Below are positions 28,928 to 37,154 of a DNA stretch of 64,000 nt, one piece after another. Both the position numbers and the translations under genes were made by a program. The DNA is from Propionibacteriaceae bacterium (lineage in GTDB: Bacteria > Actinomycetota > Actinomycetes > Propionibacteriales > Propionibacteriaceae): positions 3,683 to 67,682 of the forward strand of contig JAIRZI010000039.1 of assembly GCA_031267295.1 (NCBI GenBank). Reading direction: 5' to 3'. Under the pieces are notes generated by a model, which was not told where the DNA came from, ran no database searches, and worked only from the letters and a program-made list of their open reading frames with translations. Numbering within the stretch: position 1 is the first letter of the stretch; every line of letters begins with the position of its first letter.

Positions 28928-29962
28928 ATGACGCATAAGTCAAGCACTGGGAAGATCAGCAGAGCATTGTTGCTCTTCCCAGTGCTCACCGTTGTTGTGA
29001 TGCTGGTAAGTATCGCAGTTGGTAGCGTGTCTATCCCGCTTACCGACACCGCACAAGTGTTGTGGAACGCCATCTGGAAACTGCCACAACCCGACTCTAT
29101 GGCAGTACCTATCGTGCTATCCACTCGGCTACCTAGAGTGCTATGCGCCGCTCTCATCGGAGCCGCACTTTCGATAAGTGGCGCTGCGATGCAGGGGTTA
29201 TTGAAAAACCCACTTGCAGACGGCACTACTGTAGGTGTCTCTGGCGGCGCATCTTTGGGTGCTGTTATCGCTATCGTTTTCGGTATCACTATCCCCGGAT
29301 TGCCGTTCGGGGGCGTTATGGTGCTGGCCATCGTGTTCGCATGTCTGTCATTAATCGCTATCTTGACGTTGGCATACAAGCTCGATTCGTCACTTTCGAC
29401 AAACACCATCATTTTACTTGGGGTGATTTTTACGATGTTCACTTCGTCGGTGGTCTCACTGCTGATCACTTTCGCAGACGATCAGATTCACTCCATCACT
29501 TTCTGGTTGATGGGTTCTATGTCATCCAGCAGTTACCTGAATGCGATTCTGTTGTTAGTCGCCACGCTGAGCTGTGGGTTGGTACTTTTCGGTTGCTCGC
29601 GTGAATTGAACGCTTTCGCTATCAGTGAGGATAACGCCCGACATATCGGAGTGAATGTGCGCCGCGTGAAGTTCACCGTACTCATCGCGGTGTCGGTGTT
29701 AATTGGGGTATGTGTAGCTATCTCCGGCACCATAGGCTTCGTCGGACTGGTCACTCCTCACATGATACGAATAATCGTTGGTCCTAATCATCGGAGGCTG
29801 CTACCAGCCACGGTGTTTGGCGGAGCGTCGTTTTTGATGCTGGCCGATCTGGTGTCTCGCACCATTTTCAGCCCCCGCGAACTGCCAATAGGCGTGGTTA
29901 CTAGTTTTGTGGGCGCGCTCTTTTTTCTCGCCCTCTTCTACCACGCGCGGAAGCGAGGTTGA
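28928..29962 (+). CDS. btuC: FecCD-family ABC permease (BtuC-like)
   Basis: 344-aa polytopic protein with the FecCD pattern (RLPRVLCAALIGAALSISGAAMQGLLKNPLADG, GTIGFVGLVTPHMIR). Confidence 0.85.
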   Translation: MTHKSSTGKISRALLLFPVLTVVVMLVSIAVGSVSIPLTDTAQVLWNAIWKLPQPDSMAVPIVLSTRLPRVLCAALIGAALSISGAAMQGLLKNPLADGTTVGVSGGASLGAVIAIVFGITIPGLPFGGVMVLAIVFACLSLIAILTLAYKLDSSLSTNTIILLGVIFTMFTSSVVSLLITFADDQIHSITFWLMGSMSSSSYLNAILLLVATLSCGLVLFGCSRELNAFAISEDNARHIGVNVRRVKFTVLIAVSVLIGVCVAISGTIGFVGLVTPHMIRIIVGPNHRRLLPATVFGGASFLMLADLVSRTIFSPRELPIGVVTSFVGALFFLALFYHARKRG

Positions 29963-29965
29963 GCG

Positions 29966-30736
29966 ATGCCGGAAACTATGCTCAAACTCGATCATGTCAG
30001 CGTCAACTATGGCGACGTGCTGGTGGTAGACGATGCCAACTTTCAACTGCGCGCTGGCGAATGGTTGATGGTAGTAGGGCCGAACGGGGCGGGTAAATCC
30101 ACTATCATCAACGCGATTTCTGGCAGCGCGCCTTATCGGGGGCGTATCAGTTGTCTTGATCGAGATATTCGTTCTTACCGATCAGTTGAGTTGGCGCGTT
30201 TGATGGGAGTGCTGGCGCAGCATCATGGCGTGGGGTACTCTTTCACGGTACGCGAAGTGGTCAACATGGGTCGCTATGCGCACACCCGCTCTATGTTCGT
30301 CAGCCGTAGCGATGCCGACGAAGCAGCTATCGCCCACGCCATCGAGCTCACCGGGTTGGAACCGTTCTTAGATCAATCGGTGCTCACCCTCTCTGGCGGA
30401 GAGTTGCAACGCACTTTTTTAGCACAATTATTCGCGCAAGACCCTCAGATTCTGCTACTGGACGAACCCACTAATCACCTTGACTTGGCCTATCAAGAAC
30501 AGGTGTTCGACCTGATTCGGCAATGGTTACGCCACCCGGGACGGGCGGTTATGTCGGTGGTACACGACCTTTCGTTAGCCAAATCGTACGGCACTAGAGC
30601 CGTGTTGTTGGATGGCGGACGGATGGTAGCTGACGACTCAGTACTAAACGCACTCTCACAACGTCATCTCGCCGATGTGTACCGCATGGACGTGTTCGCG
30701 TGGATGCGCAAAATGCTCACACAATGGGAAGAGTAA
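29966..30736 (+). CDS. btuD: ABC transporter ATP-binding protein (BtuD/FepC-like)
   Basis: Walker A GPNGAGKST, signature LSGGELQR, Walker B LLLDEPTNHLD. Confidence 0.88.
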   Translation: MPETMLKLDHVSVNYGDVLVVDDANFQLRAGEWLMVVGPNGAGKSTIINAISGSAPYRGRISCLDRDIRSYRSVELARLMGVLAQHHGVGYSFTVREVVNMGRYAHTRSMFVSRSDADEAAIAHAIELTGLEPFLDQSVLTLSGGELQRTFLAQLFAQDPQILLLDEPTNHLDLAYQEQVFDLIRQWLRHPGRAVMSVVHDLSLAKSYGTRAVLLDGGRMVADDSVLNALSQRHLADVYRMDVFAWMRKMLTQWEE

Positions 30737-31809
30737 TGGTTAATTTTTATAACGCTATTGCAGAAATTACCGGAGCAGACGAGGTCGCGTTAGCGACCGC
30801 CCGAACGCACGTCGATAACTTGATTAAACCATACGGATCACTCGGTCGGTTGGAAGATATGGCGGTGAAACTATCCGGCATCACTGGGCAACTCTACAAT
30901 CAACTCGACCGGTGTACTACGGTAGTGCTAGCCGCCGACAACGGTGTGGTTGTAGCGGGTGTCGCTGCCGTCGATCCTGGTTTTACGCGGTTGCAAGCAA
31001 TCAACATGACGCGCGGCATCTGTGGTGTGTCGGTATTATCAGCGGCAGTTGGTGCTGAGATTCTGGTGGTAGACATCGGTATTAACACGCCGACTGGCTG
31101 GCCGCAAGTGATCGACCGCAATGTGCGTCGCGGCACGGCAAACATGGCGGAAGGTGCCGCGATGAGCCGTAAAGAAGCCGAACTGGCCATTCAGACTGGT
31201 TTTGACGTGGCGTGCGAAGCGTACGGCAACGCGGACATCCTTGGTACTGGCGAGATGGGTATCGGTAATACGTCTTCCTCCGCTGCAGTGGTGGTGGCAT
31301 TGACCGGTTGCGATGTGGCGGCGGCGGTTGGGCGCGGCGCAGGGCTTACTGATGCGGCGTGGGCGCACAAAGTGCAAGTAATCGAACATGCCGTGGAGTT
31401 AAACCATCCCGATTCGCAAGACCCAATTGGCGTGCTGGCAAGCGTGGGAGGTTTGGATATTGCCGGATTAGTGGGATGTTATTTAGCGGCGGCTTGGTTG
31501 CGCAAACCTATCATCATAGACGGCGTAATTTCCGCCGCCGCCGCACTTATCGCCTATCGTTTGGCTCCAGCAAGCGTTGATTTCATGTTTGCCAGTCACG
31601 CGAGCGAAGAACCGGCCTACCAGATTATCGCTAAAGAGATGGGGTTGCAGCCGTTCCTTGATCTGCATATGCGACTCGGTGAAGGGTCGGGCTGTCCGTT
31701 GGCGCTACAGATTCTACGTGCCGCCTGCGCGATGGCAACCAACATGGGTACCTTTGCCGACATTAACTTCGACACTTCCGTGCTGGTGGATTACCGGGAT
31801 GATCAGTGA
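30736..31809 (+). CDS. cobT: nicotinate-nucleotide--dimethylbenzimidazole phosphoribosyltransferase (CobT)
   Basis: KPYGSLGRLEDMAV, GEMGIGNTSSSAAV and LGEGSGCPLA motifs. Start ATG 30736 overlaps the btuD stop (TAATG). Confidence 0.9.
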   Translation: MVNFYNAIAEITGADEVALATARTHVDNLIKPYGSLGRLEDMAVKLSGITGQLYNQLDRCTTVVLAADNGVVVAGVAAVDPGFTRLQAINMTRGICGVSVLSAAVGAEILVVDIGINTPTGWPQVIDRNVRRGTANMAEGAAMSRKEAELAIQTGFDVACEAYGNADILGTGEMGIGNTSSSAAVVVALTGCDVAAAVGRGAGLTDAAWAHKVQVIEHAVELNHPDSQDPIGVLASVGGLDIAGLVGCYLAAAWLRKPIIIDGVISAAAALIAYRLAPASVDFMFASHASEEPAYQIIAKEMGLQPFLDLHMRLGEGSGCPLALQILRAACAMATNMGTFADINFDTSVLVDYRDDQ

Positions 31810-31910
31810 GCGTCATACTAGTCACTGGTGGGGTGCGCAGTGGCAAAAGCAGCTACGCAGAAGATCGCATTCGCGCTACGGGTTGTGCCGCTAACCCCGA
31901 AACTGGGTAA
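31806..31910 (+). pseudogene. cobU: truncated cobU remnant (adenosylcobinamide kinase/guanylyltransferase N-terminus only)
   Basis: GTG 31806 overlaps the cobT stop (GTGA). It encodes VSVILVTGGVRSGKSSYAEDRIRATGCAANPETG*, i.e. the CobU P-loop N-terminus, then a stop after 34 codons. Full-length CobU is about 180 aa. The downstream DNA encodes a convergent gene instead. Confidence 0.65.
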
Positions 31911-31929
31911 CGAAATGTCAGCGGCTCAG

Positions 31930-32271
31930 TTAGGATTCGGTACCTGCTTTTGCAGTGTCATGGCAGTGCGAGGCTGCCAAAGTGTACTGAGCGCCACCTG
32001 GCGTACGCATAAGTAGTTGATAATCAACTAAGTAACGCCGCAGCATGGCTACATCGTCAGCGAAATGCGCTAACCGGTCGTTGAGGGTTTTCTCAGCGAC
32101 CTGCTCCTCTGCTGTGAGTACTTGAGCCGCCAACCAGGTAAGCAACACGATTCGTTTGTTCTGTTTGGCTGGCAGCACCGTGAGACGTCCAGCGGCATCA
32201 AGGTAGCGTGCCACTAGCTCCGGCGCAGCAGGATGTTTCCTTATTCGCACAGACTCAAACTCGTGAACCAT
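31930..32271 (-). CDS. DUF2087-like small protein (putative transcription-factor-associated domain)
   Basis: Pattern RLTVLPAKQNKRIVLLTWLA...TLNDRLAHFADDVAMLRRYLVDYQLLMRTPGGAQY resembles DUF2087. Start set at ATG 32271 (MVHEFESV), 7 nt after a TATAAT box, so likely leaderless. Confidence 0.55.
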   Translation of the reverse strand: MVHEFESVRIRKHPAAPELVARYLDAAGRLTVLPAKQNKRIVLLTWLAAQVLTAEEQVAEKTLNDRLAHFADDVAMLRRYLVDYQLLMRTPGGAQYTLAASHCHDTAKAGTES

Positions 32272-32341
32272 GTGCGCAATTATATAGTCAACTTCGCACA
32301 GACTCAAACTCGCGAACCATGTGCGCAATTATATAGTCAAC
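32244..32341. repeat. 49-bp tandem direct duplication (2 units, 1 mismatch)
   Basis: Units 32244..32292 and 32293..32341 read ttcgcacagactcaaactcg(t/c)gaaccatgtgcgcaattatatagtcaac. On the minus strand each unit carries TATAAT plus an ATG. Confidence 0.95.
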
Positions 32342-32351
32342 GCCGCCAGGG

Positions 32352-33671
32352 TCATTTTCGGTCTTTGTTTTTTGCGCGGGCACGCACTTCCACATGCACC
32401 GGTGAACCCATAAAACCAAAATCTTCCCGTAGTCTGCGTTCCACGAAACGCACATAGTTGGTGTCCATTTCGCCAGAAGTAAACAGCGCAAAAGTGGGCG
32501 GACAAGCGTGCGCTTGCGTAGCAAATAAGATACGCGGTTGCTTTCCGCCACGCACCGGATGCGGATGCGCCGCCACGATTCGCCCTAGGAACGCATTCAA
32601 TTTGCCGGTGGATACTCGCGTCGTCCAACCTTCCAATGCGTTCTCGATAGCCCGGGAAAGCTTGTCAACGCTGCGTCCGGTGAGCGCAGAGATGTTCACC
32701 GTAGGTGCCCAACGCCAAGCCACCAAATCGCGTTCGATCTCGCGCTCCAGGTATCGACGGCGCTCTTCGTCGGTGAGATCCCACTTGTTGAACGCGATGA
32801 CGAGTGCGCGTCCCGCATCTTCCACAGCATTCAGTATCCGTAAATCCTGCTCAGAAACCGGTTCGGAAGCGTCGAGCACTACGATGCACACTTCGGCACG
32901 CTCAATGGCACTTTGAGTGCGTAGGTAAGCGTAGTACTCCGCGCCAGAACTGGTGTTTACTTTCTTGCGGATACCGGCAGTATCTATCAGCTGATACGGC
33001 TCACCTCCGATAATCACCAGTTCATCAATCGGGTCAACAGTGGTGCCAGCGATGGCGGAAACTACCGCCCGTTCGGCTCCCGCTAGCTTATTCAGCAAAC
33101 TTGACTTACCAACGTTCGGTTTTCCAACTATAGCGACCCGGTGTGGGCCTGCTTCGCTAACTTCGCCTGGTGTGCGTTGTGGCGGCAACGCTTCCAAAAC
33201 CGCATCTAGCAGATCGCCAACACCTCGACCGTGCAACGCTGAAACCGCCCAAGGTTGCCCTAACCCTAAACTCCACAACCCGGTCGCGTCAGCTTCAATT
33301 AACTGATTATCCACTTTGTTTGCGGCGAGTACCACCGGTTTTTTGGCGGCTCGTAACACTCGCACCACCGCAGTGTCTTCATCCACAGCACCGACGACAG
33401 CATCTACCACAAAGATAACCACATCCGCTAACGTGATCGCGATCTCGGCTTGTTCGGCGATAGCGGCAGCCAAACCGGCGGCATCTGGTGTCCAACCGCC
33501 GGTATCCACTACCACGAACTCTCTACCCGTCCATTCAGCGTCATAACTCACCCGATCACGGGTGATACCGGGCACATCCTGCACCACCGCCTCACGACGG
33601 CCTAAAATCCGATTCACCAAGGTAGATTTGCCAACGTTGGGACGACCGACCACCGCTACTACGGGTTTCAT
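32352..33671 (-). CDS. der: ribosome-associated GTPase Der (EngA)
   Basis: Two tandem GTPase domains ([18 protein letters not shown]) plus a KH-like C-terminus. Confidence 0.93.
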   Translation of the reverse strand: MKPVVAVVGRPNVGKSTLVNRILGRREAVVQDVPGITRDRVSYDAEWTGREFVVVDTGGWTPDAAGLAAAIAEQAEIAITLADVVIFVVDAVVGAVDEDTAVVRVLRAAKKPVVLAANKVDNQLIEADATGLWSLGLGQPWAVSALHGRGVGDLLDAVLEALPPQRTPGEVSEAGPHRVAIVGKPNVGKSSLLNKLAGAERAVVSAIAGTTVDPIDELVIIGGEPYQLIDTAGIRKKVNTSSGAEYYAYLRTQSAIERAEVCIVVLDASEPVSEQDLRILNAVEDAGRALVIAFNKWDLTDEERRRYLEREIERDLVAWRWAPTVNISALTGRSVDKLSRAIENALEGWTTRVSTGKLNAFLGRIVAAHPHPVRGGKQPRILFATQAHACPPTFALFTSGEMDTNYVRFVERRLREDFGFMGSPVHVEVRARAKNKDRK

Positions 33672-34384
33672 ATAGTCTCCTCGGGGATAGTAATTTGCTC
33701 AGGTAGCGCATCCTGCGGCACTAGTGCGATTACTCGTTGCACTACTTCGGCAAGACTTAGCTGAGTGGAGTCAATCAGCACCACTCCCGGAGCCGGTTTA
33801 GAGAACTCGCTCACTTTGGAATCTTCCCGATCTCGGCGCACCACTTGATCTACCACCTGCTCATGGTTAGCTCTTCCCGCCAACTCGGCTTCACGGCGCT
33901 GCACTCGTACAGCAGCATCCGCCAACAGCAACACCCGCACATCAGCATCGGGGATTACCACTGTAGTGATGTCACGTCCCTCGGCAATGATGCGCTGTTC
34001 ACTGAAAATCAGCCGTCTCATTCGCGCGGTGAGCAGATCGCGTATGGGCTGATTGGTGGCGATTTTCGACACCTGTGCGGACACCTCCGGATCACGGATA
34101 GCGTTAGTCACATCTGTTCCATTGATAGTGATGCTGGCTGATTGCGCAGCGGTGTTCACCACAATGTCAGCGTGAGCGCTCAGCAGAATAGCTGCGTCTG
34201 GATCGTCTATAATCCCTAAACGCATAGCTTCCACTGCAACTGCGCGATACATAGCCCCGGTGTCAAGGTAAGCCAATCCCAATTGTTTAGCGACCGCAGT
34301 AGCGGTGGACGACTTGCCTACTCCACTCGGCCCATCTACTGCGATGACCAGGCCGGGTTTTCTATTCATGCTCTGATTCCCCAT
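33668..34384 (-). CDS. cmk: cytidylate kinase
   Basis: [17 protein letters not shown]-loop and [10 protein letters not shown] motif. It lies upstream of der, the conserved order. Confidence 0.9.
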   Translation of the reverse strand: MGNQSMNRKPGLVIAVDGPSGVGKSSTATAVAKQLGLAYLDTGAMYRAVAVEAMRLGIIDDPDAAILLSAHADIVVNTAAQSASITINGTDVTNAIRDPEVSAQVSKIATNQPIRDLLTARMRRLIFSEQRIIAEGRDITTVVIPDADVRVLLLADAAVRVQRREAELAGRANHEQVVDQVVRRDREDSKVSEFSKPAPGVVLIDSTQLSLAEVVQRVIALVPQDALPEQITIPEETI

Positions 34385-35442
34385 CCCAATTCGCGCATAC
34401 CAACCCTAAGGGTGTCGGCACGCTCCTTTTCAACAAGTACCGACAGGAAGCCTACCGTGCGCACTGCGTCATGTTCGATTGCGAGATCTTCGACGTTGAC
34501 ACCAGCGGCTTCAATATCGCGGAAAAGTCGTGCCAATGCGCCGGGAGTATCGGGAATCTCGATGACGACGGCCACCAGTTCGCTTATGGGAAGACCGTGT
34601 TTATTTGGTAAAGCTCGCGCACCTTGATTGCCGCGTTCCAACAGGTCACCCACCACCTCAGGCGCAGCGAGAGTGTCGATAAGACGCCCCAGATCGGCAG
34701 CTACCGCTCGCAGTTGAGCCAACACAGGTTCCCGGTTACCGTTCACGATCTGAACCCATAACGCGGCATCTGAAGCCGCGATACGAGTAACGTCGCGTAC
34801 CCCCTGCCCAGCAAGCGCCAGATCATCTGGTAAACAATCCGCTAGCCGAGACGCGGTGAGGGAACTCATAAGTTGTGGCAGATGAGAAACGGCAGCGACC
34901 GCACGATCATGAGTTTCCGCATCTAATTCGACTACCCGAGCCTTACAGGCGAGAGCTAAGCGCACCGCTTGTGCTTTCGCTTCCGGTGTCGAACGAGGTG
35001 TCGCAGCGATGACCCAAACGCGATCAGTGAACAACTCCCCCACCGCTGTGAGCGGCCCAGCCACCGCTTTTCCAGCCATGGGATGCGTGCCGACATAACG
35101 TTCTACACCTGGCGGATTGGCCGCCAATACAGCGCCAGCCACACTAGCTTTTATGGAAGCCACATCGACGACACTCGCTTGCGGGTAGCGAGTCAACGCT
35201 GCCAACACCACTTCGGCACTCACCGCAGGCGGTACCGCTACCACTACGAGTTTCACCGTTGCCGGACGGGGTGCTGCCACGGTACCGGCACCTCTCGAAG
35301 CGGCGATCAGGATGTTTTCACGGCTAATATCGCTTAGGAACACTTCACAGCCCTGCGCGCTAAGCGCTTGGCCGATTGAGGCACCAATCAGCCCGGCACC
35401 AATCACCAATACTGGAGAAATCATCGCTATTTCATCATCCAC
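34366..35442 (-). CDS. tyrA: prephenate dehydrogenase (with C-terminal ACT domain)
   Basis: Rossmann N-terminus VLVIGAGLIGASIG, the GTHPMAG motif, and an ACT-like C-terminal segment. Confidence 0.85.
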   Translation of the reverse strand: MDDEIAMISPVLVIGAGLIGASIGQALSAQGCEVFLSDISRENILIAASRGAGTVAAPRPATVKLVVVAVPPAVSAEVVLAALTRYPQASVVDVASIKASVAGAVLAANPPGVERYVGTHPMAGKAVAGPLTAVGELFTDRVWVIAATPRSTPEAKAQAVRLALACKARVVELDAETHDRAVAAVSHLPQLMSSLTASRLADCLPDDLALAGQGVRDVTRIAASDAALWVQIVNGNREPVLAQLRAVAADLGRLIDTLAAPEVVGDLLERGNQGARALPNKHGLPISELVAVVIEIPDTPGALARLFRDIEAAGVNVEDLAIEHDAVRTVGFLSVLVEKERADTLRVGMRELGWGIRA

Positions 35443-35477
35443 AACGCACTACGCTACCCGAAATAAACGCTGAGGTT

Positions 35478-36356
35478 TCAGTTGGGGAACCGCATGTTCT
35501 TTGGCAAAGGTCCATGGTAATCATCACCGTAGGCTCCGGCGGCGGGGCGGCGCCGACGTATTGGAGCCTGTACACCGGGAGCTAAACGACGGCTAAATAC
35601 TAAAAAACCGGTGTGTCCCGCAGACGAATGAGCCGGTCGAATCGCCAACCCTTCCGCATGCCAATCACGCAAGTTGGGTTCTATCGCGTTCGGTTCTGTG
35701 AACCCACCGTGAGCACGCAATGTATCCATCACTCGTCCCAGTTGTGTGGTGGTGGTGACGTAGCAACACAGCACTCCGCCGGGAGTTAACACTCTCCCTA
35801 CTGTGGCGATGCAGTCCCAAGGCGCTAACATATCGAGCACCACCCGATCAACGGAAACGTCTAATACCACTTCGTTGAGATCGCCGGTGGTGAGTGTCCA
35901 ATAATCGGGAATCTCCCCCATAAACTCCGCAACGTTACGCCGAGCGACAGCAGCGAACTCCGGTCGGCGTTCGTAGGAATACAATCGTCCGGCGGAACCG
36001 ATAGCTCGCAACAGCGTTAAGGCAAGCGCGCCTGAACCAGCCCCAGCTTCCAACACGGTTGCACCGGGGAAAATATCAGCCCACATTATTATTTGGGCGG
36101 CATCTTTCGGATAGATGACAGCTGCTTCGCGAGGCATTCCCACCATCACTTGATACAGCAAAGGGCGGAATACCAGAAACTCCAAACCGCCGGTGGTGCG
36201 TACTACAGTGCCTTCTGAATGAGCGATTATGTCGTCATGCGCTAATCCGCCTTTGGTGGTGTGAAATGTTTTGCCTGATTCCAACACCAGCGAATGCTTA
36301 TTGCCTTTCGGGTCGATAACGCTGACCCGCTCCCCTGCTTGCAGTAAACCACTCAT
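35478..36356 (-). CDS. trmI: tRNA (adenine(58)-N1)-methyltransferase TrmI (GCD14 family)
   Basis: IYPKDAAQII and the SAM motif VLEAGAGSGALALTLL, with overall GCD14/Rv2118c-like layout. Confidence 0.85.
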   Translation of the reverse strand: MSGLLQAGERVSVIDPKGNKHSLVLESGKTFHTTKGGLAHDDIIAHSEGTVVRTTGGLEFLVFRPLLYQVMVGMPREAAVIYPKDAAQIIMWADIFPGATVLEAGAGSGALALTLLRAIGSAGRLYSYERRPEFAAVARRNVAEFMGEIPDYWTLTTGDLNEVVLDVSVDRVVLDMLAPWDCIATVGRVLTPGGVLCCYVTTTTQLGRVMDTLRAHGGFTEPNAIEPNLRDWHAEGLAIRPAHSSAGHTGFLVFSRRLAPGVQAPIRRRRPAAGAYGDDYHGPLPKNMRFPN

Positions 36357-37129
36357 AACAGCAACTCGTTAACTGCTAAGTCCAGCTGATCCGTCACTGA
36401 GCAGTGCAGCGGTAATGAGCCGTCTGCGGGACTATTGCTCCGGTTGGAAAGTTGGCTGGCACCGATCGCAAAATAGTGTTGCAGATCGGCAACGCTCAAC
36501 CCTTGCAAAGTGGGTAGTAGTAGCTGCCCAGGATATTCGCTTAGCGAACATTTGTCGGGAACTGCTAGCACCACCGCTCCGCTGGCTCGACCGGCGGCGG
36601 TACCGCTTGGGGAGTCTTCTATCACTAGACAATCGCGGGCGGCAAAACCAAGCCGTCCGGCAGCCATGAGATAACCGTCGGGAGCCGGTTTGCCCCGAGT
36701 GACCGAATCTCCGTCTACCACAGTGGCAAACACTCCGGGACGCAGTTGCGATAATCCAGCATGTAACACATTAGCCGGGCTAGCTGAGTACAACCCGCAA
36801 GGAATACCTGCCTCATAGAGCGCCGTTAACAGCATCTCGGCTCCGGGTCGCCACGGTAATGGGAGGGCACGCACCCGGTCGGCTACTCTGGTAGCTCGTT
36901 CTTCGGAGAGTTCTTGCAAACTCACATCGGATTCCGGCAACGCCGCGCGCATGGCTGTTGATGCCGTGCGCGCGCTCACTCCGACAAGTGCGTATCCTTG
37001 TTCGTGCGTCCATACCACACCCCGATCAGCCATCATCTCAATCTCTATATCAAGCCAGATGCCTTCGGTGTCTACCAGAGTGCCGTCGTAATCCCACAGC
37101 ACAGCGCATGGGGGTGGGTATGTTTTCAT
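36353..37129 (-). CDS. HAD-superfamily hydrolase (subfamily IA)
   Basis: Motif I (LWDYDGTLVDTE) and motif IV (CLVIEDSPSGTAAG). Start moved to ATG 37129 (MKTYPPP), because the longer ORF would overlap the metH 3' end. Confidence 0.75.
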   Translation of the reverse strand: MKTYPPPCAVLWDYDGTLVDTEGIWLDIEIEMMADRGVVWTHEQGYALVGVSARTASTAMRAALPESDVSLQELSEERATRVADRVRALPLPWRPGAEMLLTALYEAGIPCGLYSASPANVLHAGLSQLRPGVFATVVDGDSVTRGKPAPDGYLMAAGRLGFAARDCLVIEDSPSGTAAGRASGAVVLAVPDKCSLSEYPGQLLLPTLQGLSVADLQHYFAIGASQLSNRSNSPADGSLPLHCSVTDQLDLAVNELLL

Positions 37130-37154
37130 AACGACATCTATTGTCGCAGCATAT

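Noticed and set aside
28624-29469. 281-aa ORF antisense to btuF/btuC
   Set aside because: Same reasoning. It crosses an intergenic gap of the sense operon and lacks any recognisable domain.
32288-32628. ORFs 32288..32551 and 32329..32628 overlapping the der 3' end
   Set aside because: These are alternative frames of der, extended into the tandem repeat. Only the last 10 codons (MVREFESVRS) have any rationale, and that is discussed as part of the duplication.
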